From Octopus vulgaris (Eukaryota): 64,000 nt of DNA. A model generated the notes under the pieces. That model was not told where the DNA came from. It made no database searches and worked only from the letters and a program-made list of their open reading frames with translations. Of this stretch, positions 1-12,489 are shown piece by piece; within the stretch, counting starts at the first letter, position 1, and every line of letters begins with the position of its first letter. The stretch covers positions 55,490,001 to 55,554,000 of the forward strand of contig OX597826.1 in assembly GCA_951406725.2 (NCBI GenBank). The letters run 5' to 3'. The position numbers and the translations under genes were made by a program.

Positions 1-50
<50 letters not shown>

Positions 51-54
<4 letters not shown>

Positions 55-537
55 GTAAAGTATAGAAGCCATCTTATCATGGCTAACCACATTGGGGAGG
101 GGTGTTACTGTAGCTTTATAGCCCCAAGAGATCTTCGTCTCAAGCTGGCTTTAGACACAATATCTGTGTCCTTGGAGTATTTGCAAAGGGAGGCCATCCC
201 TTCCTCGCAAGCCTGAGTGATACGCTCGAACTAGTTTCGGGATTGTTGTCCCTCGTCAACGGGCGGTAACCACCAGGTAGCGATGAAAGAGAAGGCTGCT
301 TTGCAAATTGATATAAGTTTTTTCTAATAGAGCCTTCTCTTTCATCGCTACCTCGTGGTTACCGCCCGTTGACGAGGGACAACAATCCCGAAACTAGTTC
401 GAGCGTATCACTCGAGAACACAGATATTGTGTCTAAAGCCAGCTTGAGACGAAGATCTCTTGGGGCTATAAAGCTACAGTAACACCCCCTCCCCAATGTG
501 GTTAGCCATGATAAGATGGCTTCTATACTTTACATTA
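51..537. mobile_element. Near-perfect foldback (inverted-repeat) element with hammerhead-like motif in each arm; probable Penelope-like terminal-repeat derivative
   Basis: Seen: outer arms 51-169 / 418-537 and inner arms 215-297 / 331-413 are reverse complements with very few mismatches; loop 298-330; 45-nt left-only bulge 170-214; (TA)n on both sides. Inference: inverted pLTR structure of Penelope-like elements. Confidence 0.8.
363..405 (+). ncRNA. Minimal type-I hammerhead ribozyme-like motif (mirror copy 223-265 on - strand)
   Basis: Seen: CGCCCG-TTGACGA-GGGA caacaa TCCC-GAAA-CTAG-TT-CGAGCG, i.e. stem I (5/6 pairs), core UUGACGA (C3U versus CUGANGA), 4-bp stem II, GAAA, palindromic stem III, GUU triplet. 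Known: Penelope-like elements carry minimal hammerheads with palindromic helix III. Activity not shown. Confidence 0.55.
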
Positions 538-587
538 TCGAGCGATTACTGTTTCAATCTCGTTCTGAGATTTAATTATGCCTATAC

Positions 588-656
<69 letters not shown>

Positions 657-658
<2 letters not shown>

Positions 659-1071
659 CACAGGAGTGTCTGTGTGGTATGTAGCTTGCTTACCAACCAC
701 ATGGTTCCGGGTTCATTCCCACTACGTGGCACTTTGGGCAGGTGTCTTCTACTATAGCCTCGGGCCGACCAAAGACTTGTGAGTGGATTTGGTAGATGGA
801 AGCTGAAAGAAGCCTGTCGTATATATGTATATATATATGTGTGTATGTGTGTGTATGTTTGTGTGTCTGTGTTTGTCCCCCCCCCACCATCATCGCTTGT
901 TAACCGATGGTGGTGTGTTTACGTCCCCGTAACTTAGCGGTTCGGCAAAAGGACCCGATAGAATAAGTACTAGGCTTCCAAGGAATAGGTCCTGGGGTCG
1001 ATTTACTCGGCTAAAGGCGGTGCTCCAGCATGGCCGCAGTCAAATGACAAACAAATAAAAGAGTAAAAGAG
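657..1071 (+). mobile_element. SINE family A (tRNA-like head, internal TA/TG microsatellite, RTE-LINE-like tail)
   Basis: Head GGCACAGGAGTGTCTGTGTGGT with box-B-like GGTTCATTCCC; tail GCTCCAGCATGGCCGCAGTCAAATGAC...AAAAGAGT; near-identical copies at 8429, 9519, 25011, 38365. Confidence 0.9.
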
Positions 1072-2205
1072 TATATGATGTATATATATATATATATATT
1101 CATTATATATGATATATATAATATATTATGCATATATGCATACATATATGCATACATATACATAGATGCTCACACACGCGCATATATACGTATACACATA
1201 TCTGTCTCCCTCTTTCTTCTCATATGTCTGTACATATGTGTGTTTGTGCATGTGTGTGCGCGTGTGCCAGTGTGTACGTGTCTATATGTATATATGTATT
1301 TATTTCTATGGTGTATGCGTATTGTGCAGTGATGAGAATGGAGTAGTTCTCTCAACTGAGTTTCTGCTCGTTGTATGAACACATAAATGGCTGACAACTC
1401 CCCTGGCACGTATCCCCGTAACATTACCATTCAGGCAGATTGCATTTTATTTTATACATTGTGTGACAATTTTGTCAGGTTATTGATGGAACTTAATGTA
1501 GAGTTTTATTATAAGGCTGGAAGAAATATTGCCGGGTATTCCAGTCTTCAGAGTACGTGCAGTTCCTTCGCTCTATCGAACAAGATTCCAAGATTGGTAC
1601 TCACTATGAAATGAAAATGTGACCATGGCGGAATTTGTGCAGAAATCGGAAGCCTTCGGAGCCAAATGATTCTGCAAGAGTAGTACTAATTCACTGCGTG
1701 CGCGCACACATACATACATACACACATGCACACACACACTCAAACACACACACACTAATACGTATGTATGTATGTATGTATGTATGTATGTATGTATGTA
1801 TGTATGTATGTATATATGCATGTATGTATGTCATTATTCAGTTTTATTTCAAAATTTCTAGCCAACAGAGAAAGAGCTGGTTTCTAACCTAGATCCAAGG
1901 CTCCTTCATTGGAATTTCAACAATATTGACAAGGTATTTTTTGTATGTATGTATATTGTTTTATGTATGTTTTCTCATGCAAATAGTTACATATCTAGAC
2001 ACGCACGTATATATCCTTAAATGCTAAACTTCTGGAAAGTGTTACAGATCTTTACAGTTCCAGTGACGGATTGGATATGTAATTTCGAATCAACTTTCTG
2101 GTTTTGAGAAGCCTAATTTCTCAACATTGGTATTTATTATTTATATATATGCGTACATATATATATACACACATATATATGCATATATAGGGTTGATATA
2201 TATAG

Positions 2206-2253
<48 letters not shown>

Positions 2254-2603
2254 TTAAATCCAACTCACAAGGTACGCCGAAAGGCACTACAGTTTAATAT
2301 AGTTTATGGGTGTGGATCTACATTGAACTCCTACCTCTAACTTTGCCAGACAATTCATATAAATGCAAATAGGCTTGTGTGCGTAGGTTGCTCGCCATGC
2401 ATATAAGAGGAACACTCAAACGTAATTAGTTCCTTATTAATGTTATATATAATGTACACGTGTTTCTTACGATCAGTAAACCTGGCTGATGTGTGGCTAA
2501 ACTTAGTTATATGGCCTCATTTATCAACATTACTGGTGCCGATGTGTATGTGTGTGTGTATTTGTGCATTCGCGTGTATATTGCATGTATGTACATATGT
2601 GTA

Positions 2604-2654
<51 letters not shown>

Positions 2655-3009
2655 CAAATCATCAGTGTTTTCGGATTCATCGAATCAGCGCGTCGGCGGC
2701 AATGGCTCTATGTGACATATTGCCATACTCGAAACAACACCCAAGTCTTGGTTAAATTACAGCTTACCGAGGTAAAGAAAAGAAAACCATAGCGATACCG
2801 TGTTGTCTTATGCCCTAAAATACGGAATGGTCACGGCCGGAACACCTTTTATCATAGAATTTCCCATTTCAGTGTTGACATGATGCTAAAAAACAGCAAA
2901 ACTACCATCGACAACATCGATTACTACAGCAGCATCAGTTGTCGATGAGCTCACCCTCACAACTACATCGAAGGATATTCTATAGAATATGTATCTTTCT
3001 TTTTTTATT

Positions 3010-3310
3010 TTATTTTCCCGCCGTTTTAAAGCCTAGTCAGGCTCATGGGCCCGGTTTCCCGGTTTCTGTGGCGTATGTGTTCCCCCAGCTGGACGGGACG
3101 CCCGTCCATTGCAGCGTTACTCAAGAAACACAAAGAGAGAGTGAGTGTGGCGAAAGAGTACAACAGGGGTCGCCACCACCCCCCTGTCGGAGATCGTGAA
3201 GCTTTTAGGTGTTTTTGCTCAATAAACACACAACACCCGGTCTGAGAATCGAAACCGCGATCCTCCGACCGCGAGTCCGTTGCCCTAACCACTGGGCCAT
3301 TGCGCCTCCT
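3010..3310 (-). mobile_element. SINE family C (tRNA-derived head GGAGGCGCAATGGCCCAGTGGTTAGGGC)
   Basis: A/B-box-like head on - strand; homologous to 10122-10424; imperfect ~16-bp TSD ctatagaatatgtatc (2980) / ctctagaatatatatc (3310). Confidence 0.88.
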
Positions 3311-4519
3311 CTAGAATATATATCAAGAAAATATAAATGAGAACTTCTAGAGTGCAGGGAACATTTCTCCTCTAAAAATTATCATAGAATAATTTCTATC
3401 AGTGAGTGGAGACTTCTATGCGTATTCGTATCATCGAATATTACAAATATTGGAACATAGCCAGGAATCTTCAGAGAAAGGCGATTGTCTATTACATTTG
3501 CACCGTTGTCGGATATGATCTATGTTCGAGCGAATCTTTGATACCACTGAAGAATACGCTGAACTGTATTGCAATTCTATAAATTATAATCTATTGCATT
3601 CGCATTAGTATGTATGACATGGTTACTTTCTCATTATGTAACCTGGCGGGCAAAATGCGTAGAGGCAATTCTTCTAGTCTTTTACTTTTAGTGTTCAAAT
3701 TTCCTTATTATTGACTGTACTTTCCATCATTCCGTGGTCGATAAAATAAGAACCATTTGAGCAATGGAGTCGATGTATCGGCATATACTGGATTTGTGCC
3801 AAACTTTGGAGCGATTATCACTCGTATTCCTGTTACTAGCAAGTCTGCGAGATGGAAGAGTTGTTAGAGCGTTGACCAGAAAGCTTTGCGATTTCACGTC
3901 TAACATTTTCCGTTCTAATTTCAAATCCTTCCCAGGTCAACGTTTCCTTTCATCAAACCGAGCTCTATAGTCAAGCATAGCGATCAATATAATCGACTCA
4001 CACCACCCACCTAGAATTGCTGCCCTTAAGGGCAAATTTTGAAACCATTATAACTTTACTTTACAAGACCATGAGGAAACCTCCACAGAGCTGGTCAACC
4101 TGCAAGAAGTTTCAACCAAATTTCGTCTTATTACAAAATGTTTTTCTTAAAAACAAAAAATTGGTAAGAGGAAGGATTATTTAGGGGATATATTTTAGAC
4201 ATACTATACCTGAACAAATGTTGGGACGGTCATGGTGACACTGTGTTTGATCATAGATCTGTTCCATGAAGGCTTATTGGTGGGGTTAGACCACAACAAA
4301 AACACGTTCATATTGAAGAAAGGGAAAGCAAATTTTATCCCATTTCTGATTCGAAATCAATACACAAAGGTATAAGACCAATCTCTGATAGTTTCATCTT
4401 TCCTTCCATCCTGACGCTCCGTGGACTTTCAGAAAAAAAGAAAAAATTAAAATATTACTTCACAATTCTAATTCTATTTCTCTTATTTTCTTTTTTCCGA
4501 AGATGTCTTTTGATAACTA

Positions 4520-4730
4520 AATTCCATTCCACTGACTATCATGTTGTTTCCGGAAGAAAAGAATTTCCATCTCTTTTACCAATTTTGTTACGAAATTCTT
4601 GCCAAATTTCTGCGAAACTTTTAAATTGTTCTGACAAGCGATGAGTTGGTGCTTTGCCATTTCATCCGTCAATAGTCAAGGGACAAGTCTTGGAGAAATA
4701 GTTTCCTTCAGTCTAGATTTGGCTTCAAAC
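4520..4730 (-). pseudogene. Highly decayed mariner-type transposase fragment
   Basis: Manual - strand translation ...ISPRLVP*LLTDEMAKHQLIACQNNLKVSQKFGKNFVTKLV...QHDSQW resembles the mariner segment KVSARWVPRLLT...FLxxIVTGDE...QSxxW; contains a stop. Confidence 0.45.
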
Positions 4731-5788
4731 CATCTGAGTCACTACGAACACGTATTTATACACAACTGTCTTTCGTTCACACACAACTCACACTTAATAT
4801 ATCATCGCTAATACTTACATACACATGATTATACATATATATACATACATAAACATACACACACACACAAGCATATAATTATGTAATGCCTACACATGCA
4901 TTTATGCATATATATATATATATATTATGTATGAATGTGTGTGTATATATTTATATATATATATATAATGTATGTGTTTATGTGCGCGCGCATGTGTAAG
5001 CATACATATACATATATACCTATGCACACACAGACGCATATATATATGCATATATATACATACACACATATATATACATATATATATACATATATATACA
5101 TACACACATATATACATATATACATATACATATATATACATGTATATATATATACATACATATCTATATATGTTACTATGTACATATATATGTGTAAACA
5201 CAAAAATACACATGCACATAACTATGCATGCACACTCGTACATACACGCATGTATATATATATATATATACATATATATACATATATATAATATATATAT
5301 ACATATATATAATATAATATATATATATACATATTTATTGCTAAATGCGTATCTGTATGCATACACACATATACTCATATACACAAACACACACATAAAC
5401 ACATAATCATTCTCAACAACTCGGTCTTGTGTACGACAATATTCCTGGATTTAAAATGCTGAAAGCGATGGTTATTTTCTCTGATAAATTTGTTAATAAT
5501 ACCATAGAATTGCCAAAGGTAGGTCCATTCATGTTTGCTAATCAGGATGTGACTGGCATTCCTGGTTACAAAGGGATGGAATCAAATTCAATCTTCGCCG
5601 CAATAAATTTTCCTGTATTCTACAAAATACAAAAAGTCTATGATATAAAAACGGTTCTGTGGAATCCCAGACATTAATTTTTGCTCTCAAAAGTCTCACA
5701 TCTACTTTGTATGGGAACATCGCAGGTTAATCATATACCCATCATATACACACACCTCTGAGTGTGTGTCCGTCCGTATATATATATG

Positions 5789-5870
<82 letters not shown>

Positions 5871-5884
5871 AATGAACGTATCAT

Positions 5885-6790
5885 CGATGTGCCTTTCAAT
5901 TCATTCGCTTTCTACGTAACTGCAATATTGATATGGATCTCGAATCCCAATGCCAAACAATGCAACGTTTCCTCTTTAATCGAAAACATCATCAATCAGT
6001 TGTGAAACCGGCTCTGCACCAGGCTGAGGCGATCGACTGCCTCACTGTTCTCCTCCTGTCTTTATGCACGTCTACAGACGGTATTTTAGACCCTCCCGCC
6101 TTCTGCTCGACCGACATTCCATTGAAAAATTAGCTCGTTAGCAACTTTCACGTACAACATTCTGTTCCTACAACCGCTCCAATATTTTCTGCGCCACATC
6201 TTGTCGCTTTTAGAAAAAGATTAAAACTTCGGACATGTCGTTGCAAGAGCCTCCAAAGCGCCCTTTTCCAGACAAACAGGCATTTTTAAATGCAATTGCC
6301 GATGAGACATTACATGGCTCTACAATAACAATACTACTACTATCTCTGGGCCTAAGATACAATATCATATTAAACAAAATATATCATACACATTGTCTAA
6401 CCTAATATATTGCATCCTATAGAACCTTTGTGTCTTGCTGTTTGTTCACTTTTAGGAACGTCTTAAAAGCTTACTACTATGTATACCAGTCCTATCCATT
6501 TCAACATAGACGCAACTCCACCACACTCTTATCAGTCTACGGCATCGCCGTACACCATGCATCCACTGTTTCTCCTACCTTTTCTTGCTCATGTATAAAG
6601 CTGACGTATAAAGCTCACCTGGTCCTGCATTCCTCCCCAGTTGCAGCTAGTTTTATTATTATTTTTATTATTATTTAAAGGATACAGAACTCTGCTCTCT
6701 TTCTCACTTTTCGATTTTTTGCCTGAAGAAGGACACTGCTCGAAACGTTAGTTACAAGTTCACTGTACTCTTTTAATCGATTTTACTACA
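5885..6790 (+). mobile_element. Decayed Penelope-like retroelement 3' portion (RT thumb/linker, GIY-YIG endonuclease, hammerhead-like tail)
   Basis: From 5897: [40 protein letters not shown] (cf. PLE SQFLRLRRLCS...F.NRGYP..VI..AL). From 6279: GIFKCNCR*...TTTISGPKIQYHIKQNISYTLSNLIYCIL*NLCVLLFV (cf. GIY-YIG N-terminus SNxIYCIxCxxCxxxYIG). CTGAAGA...CGAAACGTT at 6723-6749. Stops and frameshifts present. Confidence 0.75.
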
Positions 6791-6811
6791 TAATGCATAC
6801 ACACACACATT

Positions 6812-6883
<72 letters not shown>

Positions 6884-8178
6884 TGCAGGCAATGGCATTC
6901 ATATGTTGTATGAGGTTCGAGTCGTTGTTGCTGTATTTCTAGTTCTACGCATCTGCGCACCACTTTAACAAGTGTCTTTTACCACACCTACTAGACATTC
7001 CAACCTTTCTGATTAATATTGGATCATTAGAAATAAAGTGATATCTCGGTGATTGGAATTTGGTTGGCGCCATCGTTTGTCCATTCTATCACATGGCTCC
7101 TGTGTTCCTTTAGCAGAGTTCAACTCTGTTGTATGCATTTGCAGCAGTCCTTCAATCTGAAGAAGAGTCGATGGTTTATAATAGACTGCTATCTATAAAC
7201 ATCGTGTTTTCTTTCTCTCTTTCCTCACCAGTCTCAGAAACGCAGCAGAGAACATAGGCACCACATGTCACCACATGTCACAGATACCAAAGCTCATGGG
7301 TGTCTAACGTCACAAGCATTACTCTTCTTCATCTAAATGGAAATATGTAGCTAAAAAGTGAAGCAGTTATAAATTGAAGACCGTAGGTAACCGTTTGGCA
7401 GGCTGACCTGCTTGTCTGCCTAGCTATCTGGATGGTTGTACACAGTACATACCATGCAGATGACTGAATTTCTGATTGTATAACTATAAGTTTTAGTTTC
7501 TGGTTACATTTTAAAGGTAGGTGAAACAAATGTCTTACAAACAACTTACACATGCAAGTGCTACCAGTCAAAATCAACGCATACAGGAAGCCGGCAAGTG
7601 TATGGGGTCATCAGGAGAGAATGCGTGCTGTTTCGGGGCCTATCTCTCGACGGCATCAAGGCGCACCGGCCCACATCACTGATATGAGGCCCGCTTGCAA
7701 GATCAACTGGTTATCAAATAAAGCTCAATATTCTTCTAGCCATCGCTCATCGTCTCTTTTTAACCAAATCCAGTGGCTAGCCTTCTCCACTGTAGTTTGG
7801 ATATCGGTCATGGTGGTATTGACTTTATAAACTTTATTATGAAAAGAAAATGTTATACTCTCCAATTCCTTAACATAATTGTGCAGTGAAATCATATCAT
7901 CACTAGAAACCTTGCGCACGACACAAACGGGTCTCAACTCAACCGGAACAGTAAACTCAGATATGCAAATTAACGAAACAGTTTATCATAGTGTTTATTA
8001 TAGAATGCATAGAGTATTAACAGAAATGGTCTATAAATAACTATAAGCGTCACATAGACGCGTATAGTTAGGTAATAGAACCCTTGTATCGATCTTTTGG
8101 TTGATATCCTTACACCCTTAGGCTAGCAGCAGATTATGCGAGAGAACAGTATGATAGGACTTTATAGTGAAATATATG

Positions 8179-8411
8179 CAAGCGGCGAGCTGGCAGAATC
8201 GTTTGCATGCCGGGCGCAATGCTTAGCGGTATTTCATCTGCCGCTACATTCTGAGTTCAAATTCTGCCGAGGTCGTCTTTGCCTTTCATCCTTTCGGAGT
8301 CGTTAAATAAAGTACCAGTTACGCACTGGGGTCGATATAACCGACTTAATCCCTTTGTCTGTCCTTGTTTTTCCCCTCAATATTTAGCCCCTTGTGGGCA
8401 ATAAAGAAATA
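8179..8411 (+). mobile_element. SINE family B (GGCGGCGAGCTGGCAG head; central GCCTTTCATCCTTTCGGGGTCGATAAA domain)
   Basis: Box-B-like GAGTTCAAATTC; tail TAAAGAAATA; 15-bp TSD tatagtgaaatatat at 8163-8177 and 8412-8426. Confidence 0.9.
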
Positions 8412-8428
8412 TATAGTGAAATATATAT

Positions 8429-8593
8429 AGGCGCAGGAGTGGCTGTGTAGTAAGTATTTGCTAACCAACCACATGGTTCCGCGTTCAGTCCCACTGCGTG
8501 GCATCTTGGGCAAGTGTCTTCTGCTATAGCCCCGGGCCGACCAATGCCTTGTGAGTGGATTTGGTAGAGGGAAACTGAAAGAAGCCTGTCGTA

Positions 8594-8627
<34 letters not shown>

Positions 8628-8826
8628 AGTGTGTGTGTATATGTTTGTGTGTCTCTGTTTGTCGTGTTTACGTCCCCGTCACTTAGCGGTTCGGCAAAAG
8701 AGACCGATAGAATAAGTACTGGGTTTACAAAAGAATAAGTCCCGGGGTCGATTTGCTCGACTAAAGGCAGTGCTCCAACACGGCCGCAGTCAAATGACTG
8801 AAACAAGTAAAAGAGTAAAAAGAGAG
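8429..8826 (+). mobile_element. SINE family A, full length
   Basis: Collinear with 657-1071 from GGCGCAGGAGTGGCTGTG to GAAACAAGTAAAAGAGTAAAA. Confidence 0.9.
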
Positions 8827-8883
8827 TATATGCAGTTAACACATTGGATAGCAAATGGAAAAATATAAATTTACCTCAGTAAG

Positions 8884-9110
8884 TACCCTTTTCGTACTAA
8901 CCGGTATGAGACTATCTTTGGTTTTTTTTACACTTCATATTTTGCAGTGTTCTTAATCAAAACCTTCAATCAACATTTAACATGAATCTATGTTCCAAGC
9001 ATCAGCTTATTAATGACTATGGAATTGTAATAAATTCTTCATTTATTGTCAAAATTAATCATAATAAAGTCAATGTATTTCAACATAAATTTGGTAGCAA
9101 ACGTGTTAAT
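8884..9110. mobile_element. Degenerate TTAA-type (piggyBac-like) MITE
   Basis: Ends TACCCTTTTCGTACTAAC ... TTTGGTAGCAAACGTGTTAA are degraded inverted termini of the TTAACCCTTT/AAAGGGTTAA type around an AT-rich core; recognised from memory only. Confidence 0.35.
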
Positions 9111-9518
9111 TTACGAATTAGAGTCACATGTAATAACAAGAAGAAAAACAAACGGCTATCGAAGGCGTCTGCTGATATTTGTTAAAGAGATATCAAGTAA
9201 CTGTTTGTATATTTGAAATGAGCCATTAATCACTATATTAATATCGTCAGAATTGGTAATTATCTCTTTAGAAATTATCTGTATAATGATTGCTGCAATG
9301 CATTTCAATTGGTTTTGTGTCCCGTTGTCATCGAGTGACGTAAATCACGAGATACACATAATCAGGGGAAAGATTGTTTTCGGTTATCGTATTAGTTATC
9401 GAAGCTCCACACTAGATTATATGGAAGAAACTTTATTTTAAATTCAGAATACTAAGGTCCTCAAAAACTTACTCATTAATATTATTAATGAATAAAATAA
9501 TTAACAATTTTTAACATT

Positions 9519-9932
9519 AGGCGTAGGAGTGGCTGTGTGGTAAGTAGCTTACTTACGAACCAAATGGTTCCGGGTTCAGTCCCACTGCGTGGTACCTTGG
9601 GCAAGTGTTTTCTACTATAGCCTCCGGCCGACCAAAGCCTTGTCAGTAGATTTGGTAGACAGAAACTGAACGAAACCCGTCATATATATATATACATATA
9701 TATATATGTGTATGTGTATATGTTTGTGTGTCTGGGTTTGTCCCTCCAACATCGCTTGTCAACCGATGCTGGTGTGTTTACGTCCCCGTAACTTAGCCTT
9801 TCGGCAAAAGAGACCAATAGAAAAAGTACTAGGCTTACAAACAATAAGTCCTGGGGTCGATTTGCTCGACTAAAAGGCGGTGCTCAAGCATGGCCACAGT
9901 CACGTGACTGAAACAAGTTAAAGAGTTAAAGA
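9519..9932 (+). mobile_element. SINE family A, full length
   Basis: Collinear with the other family A copies. Confidence 0.9.
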
Positions 9933-10121
9933 TTTAGAATTATTATTAATTCACAAGTGCAGTAAATTGGCAGAATTGGGCGGACAAAATTCTTGGCGAC
10001 ATTTCTTCTGGCTTACGCTCTGAGGTTTAATTTTATCTTTCACTTTTTCGGAAGTCGGTAAAATAAATATGAATTGGCTATCACTCATCTCAAAATTGCT
10101 GGCCTTGTGCATTAATTTTTT

Positions 10122-10424
10122 TTCGCCCTTTTTCAAGCATAGCCAGGCTCATGGGCCCGGTTTCCCGGTTTCTGTGGCGTATGTGCTCCCCCCAGCTGGG
10201 CGGGACGCCAGTCCATCGAAGCGTTACTCAAGAAACAGGAAGAGAGAGTGAGAGAAAGTTGGGGCGAAAGAGCACAACAAGGGTCGCCACCCACTGCGCC
10301 GGAGCCTCGTGGATCTTTAGGTGTTTTCGCTCAATAACCACACACAATGCGCGGTCTGGGAATCGAAACCACGATCGTGCGACCGCGAGTCCACTGCCCT
10401 AACCACTGGGCCATTGCGCCTCCA
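10122..10424 (-). mobile_element. SINE family C with 14-bp TSD
   Basis: Homologous to 3010-3310; flanked by cttgtgcattaatt (~10104) and cttgtgccttaatt (~10425). Confidence 0.9.
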
Positions 10425-10909
10425 CTTGTGCCTTAATTGGTAAATATTAATTAACGCTCCTCATTAGACTCTAGTTGATGGAGAGATCACTGAATGAAGA
10501 CTCGGTGGCTGAATTCCAATCAGGAACGTTATCATCGCATGTCTTGATGACACCTGATGTTGGTCAACGATCACACCGATCGAAAGGTAATATACAATAC
10601 AAAGAGCGTAGACAAACTTTATGAAGATGCGTCGTAATTGTTCGGGAAAATATAAATTTAAAATAGCGACGTTTGTAATTTAATGTAAATAGATAATATT
10701 TTATGGGAGAAGAAATGGAGTGAGTTAATGGAGGGATGGAGAGGAGCATAGCAGACATAGACCATGGATAAATTGGAAAATTTTAGTGTATCCGGCCTGA
10801 GAACATTGGAAATTATTAGATGAAGCGATGCATAATTGAGACGCATGGAATGGTACTTGATTATAGAACCATCAGGTGAATGGTAACGATTAAATCGGTT
10901 ATTATTACA

Positions 10910-10974
10910 ACTATCACCGTCGTCATCATCATCATCATCATCATCGTCATCATCACCATCACCATCACCATCAC

Positions 10975-11015
<41 letters not shown>

Positions 11016-11328
11016 TCATCATCATCAAAATCATCATCATCATCATCATCATCAGTATCATCATCATCACCAACACCACCGTCATCATCATCATCATCAT
11101 CATCATTATCATCATCATTATCAGTAGTTGGAGAAGTAGTAGTAGTAGTAGTAGTAGTACCATTATTCTTATCAGTATTGTTACTATTATTGTTCAATAA
11201 TAAAGCTGCCACCATTGCTGCCGACGATGATGACGATCATGAAAATGATATTTGTAAAAATAATGTTGATGCTACTACTACTACTACTGCTGCTGCTGCT
11301 AATAATAATAATAACAATAATAATAATA

Positions 11329-11422
<94 letters not shown>

Positions 11423-11430
11423 CAACAACA
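10910..11430. repeat. Compound trinucleotide microsatellite (CAT)n/(TAG)n/(AAT)n
   Basis: Direct reading; explains the poly-D/M/I/N/L ORFs here. Confidence 0.95.
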
Positions 11431-11630
11431 TTAATCGTTTATTTTCTCGATTATAGGATCTTATGTCGGAGTTTCTGCATTTTAAGAGCGAATTATATCA
11501 GTAATCTTGGGGTTCCCTAATGCCTTTTTATGCTAATTTAATTTGGCGTGAGTGATTGACTGTAGCTAAATCTTTAAAATGCACATCTTAGATATAAATA
11601 TCAATATATATGTATAAACGTATAAACGTA

Positions 11631-11724
<94 letters not shown>

Positions 11725-11807
11725 TAATGTATACATGTTTGTATGTATGCATGTATGTCTATATATTTATGTATATGCATGTATGTATGTATGTATATAT
11801 ATATATT

Positions 11808-11865
<58 letters not shown>

Positions 11866-12489
11866 TGTATGTATAAATTCTTAATTGTCAGTAATGGTGC
11901 TCAGAATTGACAGTGAGAAAAATAACTCAAACCAACGTAGACAGGCAGTAGCAAGTAATATGAAGTGATTACTTGATGGCGAAGTCGTAAAAGAGCGGGG
12001 CATGTAAGACAGGGCCATAAACACTTTAGATAACATAAAGAAAAGCCACGAGCGGTAAAACATAACGAAATATTGAAATATTTAGAAAGGTATGTGCTTC
12101 AACGAATTGTTGTTGCTACTGCTATTGGTGTTGTCTGGATCCTAGTTTTCCCTGATCGAAATGTCGTTCCAGTGGCTTTCATTCCGTGCTTTTGTTTGTC
12201 TAGCAACTAGGCACATGACGATGTACTTTTAACGTATTTGGAAACTTATGCGCTGATGAGGTATTTTAGCATAGCATCTGTTTATAGTATTCGAGACTTA
12301 CGTTGCAACGTCTGGAAGTTGAAATAAGTACTTTATTCTAGGCGACATTTCTTGCGGTTTACGCTCTGGGGTTTACTTTGTCTTTCACCCTTTTGGAAGT
12401 CGGTAAAATAAATACGAATTGGCTATCACTCATCTCAAAATTGCTGGCCTTGTGTATTAATTGGTAACTATTAATTAATGTTTCTCATT

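Noticed and set aside
1835-1940. Further hammerhead-like element on - strand (CCAATGAAGG-AGCCT...AGGTT-AGAAACCAGC)
   Set aside because: Core too far from CUGANGA and single copy in the window; probably a repeat but not supportable as a ribozyme.
4902-5406. Long YI/CV/HT-rich ORFs (also 17594-18288, 39497-40191, 43663-45691, 58184-58783)
   Set aside because: Stop-free translations of (TA)n/(TG)n/(TATG)n microsatellites; no coding signal.
10658-11520. Poly-Asp/Asn/Ile ORFs
   Set aside because: Trinucleotide microsatellites open in several frames on both strands.
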